Of a stretch of DNA of 58,819 bases, positions 24,823 to 36,279 are shown piece after piece. Each line of letters starts with the position of its first letter. Positions within the stretch are counted from its first letter, which is position 1. This stretch comes from Octopus bimaculoides (Eukaryota): the NCBI RefSeq assembly GCF_001194135.2, contig NC_069003.1, positions 24,033,181 through 24,091,999 of the forward strand, written 5' to 3'. The notes under the pieces are model-generated. The model did not search any database. It saw only the letters and a list, made by a program, of their open reading frames with translations, and was not told the DNA's origin. The position numbers and the translations under genes were made by a program.

Positions 24823-25643
24823 GAGGAGATTGCTGATGAATAGCTCGTAATGTCAACGAATTAATGGAGTCGAGGCTAGACAGAAAATTAGTTTAATTAT
24901 CTCCACTTTGCCTTTTAGCGATGATGTTTGCCATTTTAGCATAACTTGATTACTGTACTTCGATAGAACTGAGGCTGCTGTTAATATTAGCGCTGTTGTT
25001 AGAATTAGAACTGTTGTTAGTACAGGAGTAGCTATCAGTATTAGTTCTGTTGTTAGTATTGGGATCGCTATTACTATTGGGACAAGCATTATTTTATGGA
25101 GTCTATCAATCCAGGTCATGCTGCAGCATCTGGTTTCCTGTTTCTATTATCTTCTGTAATAGTCCGATTCACCAGTCGCTGTGACTTTATAGTCATACAT
25201 CCCTTTCCGTCACCATTTCAACTTCGCTTGTAATATATATATAAGCTATTAATTAATCTTGCATGATAGTTTATATGGGGAAACATTTATAGAATTGATC
25301 TGCTTCTGGCTGATCTGAAAATTCTACATGAAGCGACACTCACACAAAAAAAAATTGGATTGCATAGATCTACGCATGCGGTTTGTCAAATGTTTTTTCT
25401 CAGAGGATCGGCAGAGTAAAGCGTCGCCTTTCAGTAAGTAAATTAACATCGTAGTGTTGTAATATGTATTGTGTCGTTATTAGATTTCGTACATTTGAAA
25501 CAGTTCAATGCATAGAAATAAATAAATAATAAATAAATGAATAACGTCTAATGGGTAATGTAGTAATGGATAATTGAAGTAATGTAGCCCAGAACAGACC
25601 ATATAAAAAATAATTCATTATATATTTACTTAATCACTCGTTG

Positions 25644-25715
25644 CGCAGAGTGAAACAGTTGAAGCATGCTGGGTTCATAACCAAGAGTTTCCTCGATAGA
25701 AACTATTCTCTACGA
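25644..25715 (+). pseudogene. Initiator tRNA-Met (CAT) pseudogene
   Basis: Gap-free 52/72 match by eye to eukaryotic tRNA-iMet (AGCAGAGTGGCGCAGCGGAAGCGTGCTGGGCCCATAACCCAGAGG...GATCGAAACC...). Anticodon CAT at 25676-25678 and the initiator-type T-loop GATaGAAAC are present; acceptor and D stems are broken. Confidence 0.78.
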
Positions 25716-27664
25716 AGAAATGAATACTGTCTTTGTTATTTATATATCATAACCTTTCGCTGCAGAAACAGCGCAGGGGGACAATTCTCTTCACAGACAA
25801 ACACATAGGTCAACGATATATTTTATCCAATGTCATATTTAATTCCACGCTGTTTCACGTAGCTCTAAGTTATTTATTCAATTCCAGCTTCATCAAACTT
25901 TACGCACGCCAGCAAACAAACGTACTATCTTCTGCATTTAGATATAGAATCTATTGTCCTTATGGGGATGTGGAAACGAATGCAATATTCATAGATGACG
26001 ACTCACGATGACCTAAAAACGCATGCGAGATTATTTTCTCCCGTGACTTTTTCGCAGCAAAAGGTCTTCTCACGTCCGAGGATACACAAACGTGTTACAT
26101 GATTCTACACATTTATATATTTTATACACATATTTTATGCATGTATACATGTAAGAATATATATATATATATATAGTGGTAAGACGATTTAGCGTCTTCT
26201 TCTAACATATTAGGAATCCACTTTGGTGGTTATTCCTCTTATATATGTATGCATATATNNNNNNNNNNNNNNNNNNNNNNNNNNNNNNNNNNNNNNNNNN
26301 NNNNNNNNNNNNNNNNNNNNNNNNNNNNNNNNNNNNNNNNNNNNNNNNNNNNNNNNNNNNNNNNNNNNNNNNNNNNNNNNNNNNNNNNNNNNNNNNNNNN
26401 NNNNNNNNNNNNNNNNNNNNNNNNNNNNNNNNNNNNNNNNNNNNNNNNNNNNNNNNNNNNNNNNNNNNNNNNNNNNNNNNNNNNNNNNNNNNNNNNNNNN
26501 NNNNNNNNNNNNNNNNNNNNNNNNNNNNNNNNNNNNNNNNNNNNNNNNNNNNNNNNNNNNNNNNNNNNNNNNNNNNNNNNNNNNNNNNNNNNNNNNNNNN
26601 NNNNNNNNNNNNNNNNNNNNNNNNNNNNNNNNNNNNNNNNNNNNNNNNNNNNNNNNNNNNNNNNNNNNNNNNNNNNNNNNNNNNNNNNNNNNNNNNNNNN
26701 NNNNNNNNNNNTGTATGTATAAATGATGTGTGTACGTATATATATATGTGTGTATGTGTATGTATATGTCTATGTGTGTGAGAGTGTGTGTGTATGTGTG
26801 TGTATCTATACATATATCCTTTTCCCTTTTGGTCAGTTGAACTATTTTTATCATGTTGATTGAGTTCCCACCCCCCACATATTCTCCCACTCCTAATATA
26901 TTTGGCCTCAGTAGCTGTTGCTCTGTCCTCCATCATTGCATATCTTTTGTTAAAACTCTGTGTATAACATTTTGGTATTTAATTCAAATACCTTGTTCTC
27001 CTGGAGGTAACACTGACATTTTTCGCAGCATTTTCCCTTTAATGCTTTGGCTGATATGATTTGCCTTATCTTTTCTTTTGTTTCCTGAGTGACATTTTTT
27101 GTATTGACATAAAACAGTTTATACGACTTCATTTATTTATTTATTTATTTATTTTTTCATTTTCCATGTTGAATCACTCCTTTTCTCTTTAGAGTATAAA
27201 CTGTTCGTTTTCTGTGAACAGAATTTCTTACAGAGCGCTGCTACATGTTATTTATTCTTTCGGAGTACTGCTTGTTCCTTTGTAGCTTAGACAGAGGTTT
27301 CTGTTGATCCAAATGAATTGATTTCGTAAATATTTTCTCTTCGGTTTTTGTTTTTCGTCTGCAAGATTCACAACGTATACTCCTATGTTGAAACATAGTT
27401 TGACAGGCAGACAGACAGAGCTGAAGCAGATCTGAAGTAGTCGTGTCATTGATGTAATCGCAAATGGCGGCCAAAGCACTTTGACAGACCAAACTGGTTG
27501 ATTGGTTGACCGAACGATTAATCAAGTAATCGATTAGCTAATTGGCTAAATGTTAACTAATTGATTCATAACAATAAAAGAAGGGAAATAGGACCAGTGC
27601 ATGCATTTATTATCGCCATAATGACTCTCACAAGATGCAGCAAAATTCTTTCATTATCTCTTAT

Positions 27665-27935
27665 TTGATCTCTTTTACTTGTTTCAGTCATTAGACTGCG
27701 GCCATGCTTGAGCACATCCTTGAAGAATTTTAGTAGACCCCAGTACTTATTCTTTTTAAGCCTGGTACTTCTTCTATCGGTCTCTAGCTCCAAACCATCA
27801 AGTTACGGGGACGTAAGCATACCAATACCGGATTCAAGCGACAGTGGGGGACAAACACAGACAGAAAGACACTTAGATATAAGTACATATGTATACGACA
27901 GGCTTCTGTCGTATACTTATATATATATATATATA

Positions 27936-28018
<83 letters not shown>

Positions 28019-28039
28019 CATACATACATATATATATAC

Positions 28040-28071
<32 letters not shown>

Positions 28072-28205
28072 TCACCAAATCTACGCACAGGGCTTTGGTC
28101 AGCCCAGGGCTATAGCAAATGACATTTTCCCAAGGTTACGTGTAGCGAGACTGAACCTGGAACTATGTGGTTGGGAAGCAAGCTTCTTACCACACAGCCA
28201 TGCCA
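27665..28205 (-). mobile_element. SINE family B, full length, with expanded internal (TA)n/(TG)n
   Basis: 3' half at 27665-27870 and 5' half at 28070-28205, separated by about 170 bp of microsatellite. Confidence 0.88.
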
Positions 28206-28249
28206 CAGTCAATATACTTCCTATGTAATAATGATTTAAAATTTTGACA

Positions 28250-28415
28250 CAAGGCCAGTAAGTTAGAGGGAGGTGGTAACTGGTACTTAAGTTATCGATC
28301 CCGAAAGGATGAAAGGCAAAGTCGACTTCGGCGGAATTTGAACTCAGAATGTAACGGTAGACGAAATACCGCTAAGCATTTCGCCCGGTGTGCTAACGTT
28401 TCTGCCAGCTCGCCA
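28250..28415 (-). mobile_element. SINE family A, low divergence
   Basis: gaaaggatgaaaggcaaagtcgacttcggcggaatttgaactcagaatgt...gcatttcgcccggtgtgctaacgtttctgccagctcgcc. Confidence 0.92.
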
Positions 28416-29362
28416 TCTTTTCGTATGAAATAATCAGAATGTAAAACTTGATTAATCTATTCTGTTTGTTNNNNNNNNNNNNNNNNNNNNNNNNNNNNNN
28501 NNNNNNNNNNNNNNNNNNNNNNNNNNNNNNNNNNNNNNNNNNNNNNNNNNNNNNNNNNNNNNNNNNNNNNNNNNNNNNNNNNNNNNNNNNNNNNNNNNNN
28601 NNNNNNNNNNNNNNNNNNNNNNNNNNNNNNNNNNNNNNNNNNNNNNNNNNNNNNNNNNNNNNNNNNNNNNNNNNNNNNNNNNNNNNNNNNNNNNNNNNNN
28701 NNNNNNNNNNNNNNNNNNNNNNNNNNNNNNNNNNNNNNNNNNNNNNNNNNNNNNNNNNNNNNNNNNNNNNNNNNNNNNNNNNNNNNNNNNNNNNNNNNNN
28801 NNNNNNNNNNNNNNNNNNNNNNNNNNNNNNNNNNNNNNNNNNNNNNNNNNNNNNNNNNNNNNNNNNNNNNNNNNNNNNNNNNNNNNNNNNNNNNNNNNNN
28901 NNNNNNNNNNNNNNNNNNNNNNNNNNNNNNNNNNNNNNNNNNNNNNNNNNNNNNNNNNNNNNNNNNNNNNNNNNNNNNNNNNNNNNNNNNNNNNNNNNNN
29001 NNNNNNNNNNNNNNNNNNNNNNNNNNNNNNNNNNNNNNNNNNNNNNNNNNNNNNNNNNNNNNNNNNNNNNNNNNNNNNNNNNNNNNNNNNNNNNNNNNNN
29101 NNNNNNNNNNNNNNNNNNNNNNNNNNNNNNNNNNNNNNNNNNNNNNNNNNNNNNNNNNNNNNNNNNNNNNNNNNNNNNNNNNNNNNNNNNNNNNNNNNNN
29201 NNNNNNNNNNNNNNNNNNNNNNNNNNNNNNNNNNNNNNNNNNNNNNNNNNNNNNNNNNNNNNNNNNNNNNNNNNNNNNNNNNNNNNNNNNNNNNNNNNNN
29301 NNNNNNNNNNNNNNNNNNNNNNNNNNNNNNNNNNNNNNNNNNNNNNNNNNNNNNNNNNNNNN

Positions 29363-29443
29363 TTATCTGCTGGTATTGATACATCAATTAGAAAGCATTT
29401 TTTTTCTTCATGATCTTTGACAACTATATCTGGTCTATTTGCC

Positions 29444-29445
<2 letters not shown>
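29363..29445 (-). mobile_element. 5'-truncated RLE LINE (endonuclease part) running into a gap
   Basis: KANRPDIVVKDHEEKKCFLIDVSIPAD is a PD-(D/E)xK restriction-like endonuclease motif; (AAT)n lies directly upstream. Confidence 0.9.
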
Positions 29446-29506
<61 letters not shown>

Positions 29507-29507
<1 letters not shown>

Positions 29508-29720
29508 GGTGGTGAGCAGCCACAATCGTTAGCACGCCAACCAACATGCTTAGCGGCATTGCATCCGTCTTTACGTTCTGAGTTCAAATCCCGAGATCGA
29601 CTTCGGTTTTCATCCCTTCGGTGTTGATAAAATAAGCACTAGTAACGCACTTGGGCCGATGTAATCGACTAGCCCTCTCTCCCCAAATTCAAGGCCTCGT
29701 GCGTTTAGTAGCAAGGATTG
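29507..29720 (+). mobile_element. SINE family A
   Basis: aaggtggtgagcagccacaatcgttagcacgcc...gttctgagttcaaatccc...catcccttcgg, directly after (TTA)n. Confidence 0.88.
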
Positions 29721-29724
29721 TCAT

Positions 29725-30510
29725 ATTATCATTGTTATTTACTTTTAATCTGCATATTTGTTTCAATCGCTTGCCGGGACACACCTAGCGTCCTAGGGCG
29801 AGTGAAGGATGAAAGATGTTACAGTATGACTGAAAGCTTGGGGAGGGGAAGTAAGAGGAGTAGTAGCGAAATCTTCCTGTAAAACAATACAGACATTTAA
29901 ACTGATAGTGTTTTTCTAAGGATGTGGGCAGTACTTTTCAGCACAATATTTTGGATTTCTCTGAGATATGGTTCTCCTGAGATGTTATCTAGATGTTCCT
30001 GACATCCTTTTGTTTTCATACCTTGGGCACCTACAATAACAGGAACAGTTCTTGCTTTAAGATGCCAAATCTTTTTGGATTTCAATTTTCAGGTCCTTAT
30101 ATTTATTTACAAACGGACATGATGGGTCTATTAGTAAGCAACTTCGCTTTTCTTCTTCTATAATTGTTATGTCTGGTCTATTATTTTCTAACTTCTTGTC
30201 TGTTTGAATAGGAATGTCTCACAAAATCTCATATTTTTCCAACTCCAGTCCACTTTCGACTCGATGATAGTACCATGTGTTTCCAGCTTCAAATCCTCAT
30301 TTCTGACAAAGTTTCCAGTGTTAAACTTATACAACTTGGTCGTGCCTCCATTTCTTATATTCTTCTTGTGCCAACTTGGGGCATTCTGTCACAATGTGTG
30401 CCACTGTCTCGTTCCAATTTCCACAAGCTCTCCATTTTTCTGACATATTCTCTCCACATATATTTTTCCTCAAGTTGTTTGTTCTTATCGCTTGATCTTG
30501 GGCTGCTACA
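29725..30510 (-). mobile_element. 5'-truncated RLE LINE: CCHC knuckle, endonuclease and 3' UTR
   Basis: Minus strand gives AAQDQAIRTNNL, WRACGNWNETVAHIVTECPKLAQEEYKKWRHD (decayed CCHC), NNRPDITIIEEEKRSCLLIDPSCP and TVPVIVGAQG...LKSTAHILRKTLSV*. Confidence 0.92.
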
Positions 30511-30535
30511 CTTATTATTATTATTATTATTATTC

Positions 30536-30741
30536 AGTAGTTTTATTTTTATAACGTGCTTTCACTTCACTACCGAGCGCAGCTCTGTGCGCCTTGGGTA
30601 TGTGCTGTGGTTTGCTGTGGTGCTCTTATGTTTACTGTATTGAAAGTGTTTTGCGTAGAATGTGTGCAGTACCCAGTAGTGCAATTTTCTGTATGTTATA
30701 TATATTTGTAAGTCCTGGTGTTTTTGTTATGTATTTGTCTG
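30536..30741 (-). mobile_element. Short 3'-end RLE LINE insertion flanked by (TAA)n on both sides
   Basis: PGLTNIYNIQKIALLGTAHILRKTLSIQ* plus a 3' UTR ending ctactgaataataat; (TTA)n at 30502-30532 and 30742-30785. Confidence 0.9.
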
Positions 30742-30777
<36 letters not shown>

Positions 30778-31489
30778 GTTATTATAAACAACATGCACTT
30801 TTTCCACATCGACTCGGTATTACATCTTTTGTTGTTGATATTTCAATAGAAACATCACTCCACCACCACCACCACCACCATCCTCCACCATCTCCCACCA
30901 CTAAAACCAAATATTTTATCAATAATCAAAACTTGTCTTCATATNNNNNNNNNNNNNNNNNNNNNNNNNNNNNNNNNNNNNNNNNNNNNNNNNNNNNNNN
31001 NNNNNNNNNNNNNNNNNNNNNNNNNNNNNNNNNNNNNNNNNNNNNNNNNNNNNNNNNNNNNNNNNNNNNNNNNNNNNNNNNNNNNNNNNNNNNNNNNNNN
31101 NNNNNNNNNNNNNNNNNNNNNNNNNNNNNNNNNNNNNNNNNNNNNNNNNNNNNNNNNNNNNNNNNNNNNNNNNNNNNNNNNNNNNNNNNNNNNNNNNNNN
31201 NNNNNNNNNNNNNNNNNNNNNNNNNNNNNNNNNNNNNNNNNNNNNNNNNNNNNNNNNNNNNNNNNNNNNNNNNNNNNNNNNNNNNNNNNNNNNNNNNNNN
31301 NNNNNNNNNNNNNNNNNNNNNNNNNNNNNNNNNNNNNNNNNNNTTCTCTTTTCCTTCCTCTTTCTTTCTTTACTTTCATTTATCTGCCAGGAAATTATTT
31401 TACCAATATTTCATTCATTTTTCCAATTCCTCTTCTTTCTTTTACACGATCAGCCTCACTCCCCCCCCGTCCCTCACTCTTTCCCTTTG

Positions 31490-31935
31490 TATGTGTGTGT
31501 GCGTGTGTATGATCATGTGTGTGTATGATCATGAGTGTGTGTGTATGATTATGTGTGTGTGTATGATTATGTGTGTGTGTGTATGATCATGTGTGTGTGT
31601 GTGTGTATTTGTGTGTGTGTGTGTAAGATCATGTGTGTGTATGATTATATGTGTGTGTGTATGATTATGTGTGTGTATGTGATTACATGTGTATTATTAT
31701 GTGTGTGTGTATGATTATGTGTGTGCATGATTGTGTTTGTGTGTGTGTGTATGTTTATGTTTGCGTGTATGAATATGTGTGTGTATGATTATGCGTGTGT
31801 GTATGGTTATATGTGTACTATTATGTGTGTGTGTGTGTTTTTGTGTGTGTGTGTATGATTATGTATGTGTGTATGATTATGTGTGTGTATGATTATGTGT
31901 GTGTGTGTATGATTATATGTGTGTGTGTATGATCA
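31490..31935 (+). repeat. (GT)n-derived minisatellite, unit about gtgtgtatgattat
   Basis: tatgat(c/t)at recurs about 20 times, separated by variable (GT)n. Confidence 0.9.
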
Positions 31936-32600
31936 AGTGTGCGTGAATGTATAAAAGGAGAGCAACAGAGTGAGTGAGAGTGAAAGAAAGAAACAAACAA
32001 ACAATAAGGAGAAAGAGGAGCGTTTAGCTTTAACATAAACGTGTTTATGAATGTTATATTGAGAATTACGTGTGTGTGTGTGTATGGTCGTGTGTGTCTG
32101 TGTGTGAACGCGTGTGCCTTTGAGTGTATATGCTCGCGCTAGAGTGCTGGCACAAATATTTATAAATACGAATACACACATACATATGTATGTATATATA
32201 CGTACACATATGTACATACGTGCACATATGTGTACTCACATACACAAATACATATGCGTGTGCTGGAAAGAGAGAAAGAGTGGGAGGGAAGGAGGGAGGG
32301 AGGGAGGGAGAGGGAATGAGGAAATCATTGATTTAGACGTCAATGACGCAGATAACGTCAGACGATCGTAAAATTAGTACGTACGTACGTATGTATGTAT
32401 GTATGTATGTATGTGTATGTTTGTATGTATCTATGTACGTATGTATGTATGTATGTATGTAAATATGTATGTATGTATGTATGCATGTATGTATGTATGT
32501 ATGCATGTACGTACGTATGTATGTATGTGTATATATACATACACGCACATATAAATAACTATATATAACTGTATATAAATATAAATATATATTTAAGTGC

Positions 32601-32644
<44 letters not shown>

Positions 32645-32944
32645 NNNNNNNNNNNNNNNNNNNNNNNNNNNNNNNNNNNNNNNNNNNNNNNNNNNNNNNN
32701 NNNNNNNNNNNNNNNNNNNNNNNNNNNNNNNNNNNNNNNNNNNNNNNNNNNNNNNNNNNNNNNNNNNNNNNNNNNNNNNNNNNNNNNNNNNNNNNNNNNN
32801 NNNNNNNNNNNNNNNNNNNNNNNNNNNNNNNNNNNNNNNNNNNNNNNNNNNNNNNNNNNNNNNNNNNNNNNNNNNNNNTATATATGTATACTTATATATA
32901 AATGTGTATAGATAGGTGTGTGTGTGTGTGTGTGTGTATGTGTG

Positions 32945-33320
32945 TATTCTTTTATTCTTTAACTTGTTTCAGTCGACTGCGGCCATACTGGAGCACCGCC
33001 CTTAGTCGAACAAATCGACCCCAGGACTTATTCTTTGTAAGCCTAGTACAAGTTAGGGGACGTAAACACATCAACATCGGTTGTCAAGCGATGGTGGCGG
33101 GACTAACACAGACACATATGCACACACACATACACACATAATATATATATATATATGACGGGCTTCTTTCTGTTTCCGTCTACCAAATCCACTCACAAGG
33201 CTTTGGTCGGCCCGAGACTGTAGTAGAAGACACTTGCCCAAGGTGACACGCAGTGGGACTGAACCCGGAACCTTATTGTCAGGAAGCAAACTTCTTACGA
33301 TGCAGCCACGCCTGCGCCTA
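32945..33320 (-). mobile_element. SINE family B, near full length
   Basis: Both halves and the tRNA-like head (gcagtgggactgaacccggaac) are present. Confidence 0.9.
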
Positions 33321-33944
33321 TTCTTTTATTCTTTTACTAGTTTCAGCCATGCAGCTGTAGTCATGCTGAAGCACCACCATATATATATTTTTTTTAAAAA
33401 TATCTTCTGCAAATGTCTTGCAGATGCAAGTGCTACTGGTCGAAAGCTCCTCGTACCGGATGCCAGCAAGTTTATGAGGTCATCAGGAGAGAATGCCTGC
33501 CGTTCCAGAGCCTACCTCTCGACGGCATCATTGCGCACCGACCCACCTCACTGAAAGGAGGCCTCGCTTTCTAGATGAACTGGTTATCGGGTTTCGCTCA
33601 ATATACATACATGTATCATATAGATGTGTGTATAAAGCGTGATATGGTGCCTCGAGTACAGCAGTGCTTGCAACTGCTCACTTACAGCAAGCTGCTGCTG
33701 GCTAGCCTATATGTCAAAAAACGGAATGTATTCACTGCCTTACTGCATCATGGTGAGTCTAAGAAGGCAAAGTTAGGAGGATACATCCTGAGATAATGGG
33801 AAAAGGTGAACCTCCAGCTCTATTACAGAACTTCATTGTGCAGTTGCCTTCTGTAATGTGGATTATGGATCTTGGATCTCTAAGAAGTCTTGCGGCAATG
33901 AAGGGCGTGAAACCTGAAGCAATGTGAATGCATTGGAGGCCTCT

Positions 33945-34165
33945 AGGTAAAGGTAAACTTACCTTCTCGAGTCATACTGACTCATAAAGGCCGGTTTCCC
34001 GGTTTCGCGGCGTATATATTTCTCACCTGGACGGGATGCTTGTCCGTCGCAGGATTACTCATTTTTTTGCCAGCTGAGTGGACTAGCTGAGTGGAACGAT
34101 CTGAAATGAAGTGTTTTGCTCAAGAACACAAAGCGTCGTCCGGCAAAGGAACCAAAACCACAATC
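33945..34165 (-). mobile_element. SINE family C with tail type 3 ending in (ttacct)-like repeats
   Basis: Core tcttgagcaaaacacttcatttc...gtccactcagctggcaaaaaatgagt, then cctgcgacggac...cccgtccagg and a terminal ...gagaaggtaagtttacctttacct. Confidence 0.8.
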
Positions 34166-34322
34166 TTATGATATATATATATATATATAAAGATATATAT
34201 ATATATATACATACATATATATATATACATATATATATTGGATATATTTATATGTACAATATATATTTATATACATATATATATATTGGATATATTTATA
34301 TATATACATATATATATGTATG

Positions 34323-34381
<59 letters not shown>

Positions 34382-34872
34382 CCACACGCACGAACACATT
34401 GTATTATGTGTGTATTATGTATATTTATATATTTATACACACACATTCATAGATACACGCATAAATGTGTGTGTATGTATATGCGCACGCGTGAAAGCGA
34501 TTGTATGCGCGTGCCTGAGCATGAATGCATGAAGAGAAACTTGCTATAATGACAGTTACTCATACAAAATCGAATAAAAAATGTGATAAATCGGTAGAAA
34601 TCGAATAAAAGTGTGACTGTCCCTATTAAATCTATAATTCACGCGTTATAACATTTACTTCAGCACAGACTGACTTTTCAGATAGCTTTCACTCCTTGCA
34701 ATTGCGCAGTGTATGCCTATTCACTTCTTAGTCGATTGATTCAACTGATCTCACTTGCATCACGCAAAACACAGCGCTCTGACTTATATCAAATTTATGT
34801 TTTGTTTGATTTATAAAATTAAATATATTATTATTTAGGTTAAGCAAATATTAGCTTGATTAATCCTAAATA

Positions 34873-34995
34873 CAAGTAATCCCTCGACTATCGCTGGTGT
34901 TACGTTCCAAGATCTCCCACGATAGGTGAAAATCTTGTTACGTTCCAAAATCTCCCACGATAGGTGAAAATCTGCGAAATAGAAACAATACTGTA

Positions 34996-35028
<33 letters not shown>

Positions 35029-35211
35029 NNNNNNNNNNACATTTATTTTATTATAAATGCAAAACAACACCACGGAGAAATCGACGTCAGCTTAAATAAT
35101 AAACCGCGATAGGTGAACCGCGGTTGGTGAACCGCGATAGGTGAACCGCGATAGGTGAACCACGATAGGTGAACCGCGATAGGTGAACCGCGATATGGTG
35201 AGAGATTACTG
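34873..35211. mobile_element. Tc1/mariner-pogo-type MITE with TA target-site duplication
   Basis: TA-caagtaatccctcgactatcgc ... gcgatatggtgagagattactg-TA (imperfect TIR of about 22 bp). Internal 37-bp duplication (34898, 34936) and seven 14-bp units aaccgcgataggtg (35102-35200). Confidence 0.85.
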
Positions 35212-35904
35212 TAAACAGATCATCTATCAGGGTTAAAAACAATTTATGGTGGAATTCGGGTTTAAGTAGTCCATATATAATTTTTTTTTATTTTTTAGAA
35301 TTTCCATAAAACTTTTGCGGGAATTCATACGACTAGGCAAAAACATTTCTTTTTTGTATGTGTGATTTAAGGTCGAGTTAACTGTTGCTTTTAGCTCATC
35401 CCTTAACTGGCTGATGCCGTCCTCATTTCTTTGCCACTTTGACACGTAAATATGTTTTTGAATATTTTTGTCCCCGTAAACACATTTAACGGAATGATGA
35501 TGCACCCAAGAGTGGTCCATTGCTGTGATTTAAGCCAAAAATTCGAGCTCTCCATATTTTAAACTGATTTAAAACAAACAAACAAAAAACGAAAAATCGA
35601 ACTTTTAGGATTTATAGGGCGAAGGAGTAGAGGGTTTTAATTTTTTTTTAATTGTTGTCTTTCATAGTTGTATGAAATCCCGTGTGTACGACAAAAATTC
35701 GCAAAAATTTTCTCAAAATCCCCAAAACTAAAAAAAAGTTGTGTGGGGGTTATATGGGATGCTTAAACCAGAATTCTGCCCAATTTATTTTCTATTAATT
35801 GTCGAATATATAAAAGACAAACCGTCTTTTTACAGATGTGGGCACGAGACCCACAGACAACCTTCGACGTTTTCTATCGCAAGAGTTTTTTAATGATAAT
35901 AATG

Positions 35905-35908
35905 ATAA

Positions 35909-35956
<48 letters not shown>

Positions 35957-36022
35957 CAGTAGCAGTAGCAATAGCAGCAGTAGTAGTAGTTGTAGTAGTA
36001 GTAGCAGCAGCAGTAGTAGTTT
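35905..36022 (+). repeat. (GTA)n/(GCA)n compound microsatellite
   Basis: Read directly from the sequence. Confidence 0.95.
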
Positions 36023-36279
36023 TATTAAAAAAGGAGTATGAGTGATATATATAAAAAAACTTTTCCAAAAATACTCGATACACACATGGTAGTCAAAGAA
36101 AGATTTTCTTAAAATTCATTAAATATTTTTTTAAATAATAAAAAAAAATAAAATGCTACGAACCTTTTGGAAAGAAAGTTTCCTATTGAACGTATTTTGG
36201 GTGTAAGCGTTTTCGCTATTCATCTTTTCAATTACATGTGTTCTGGGCTAATCCACATAAAAGTTGTTTCTAGTAATGA

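Noticed and set aside
24853-25119. Asn/Ser-rich triplet-periodic stretch and 88-aa ORF
   Set aside because: The coding-like frame is bounded by stops and lacks usable splice sites. It is best explained as a decayed trinucleotide repeat.
33400-33930. GC-richer unique segment with 106-aa and 73-aa ORFs
   Set aside because: No recognisable motif in any frame, and the longer ORF starts inside a SINE.
35102-35200. 14-bp repeat array as a CRISPR array
   Set aside because: The units are contiguous with no spacers, lie inside a TA-flanked MITE, and the DNA is eukaryotic with no cas genes.
35233-35765. 95-aa ORF and TTAA-ended AT-rich block as a transposon
   Set aside because: No matching second terminus or diagnostic motif could be found by eye.
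36185-36245. Possible hammerhead at the Penelope 3' end (gaaaagatgaatagcgaaaacgc)
   Set aside because: No CTGA core and no convincing stem II.
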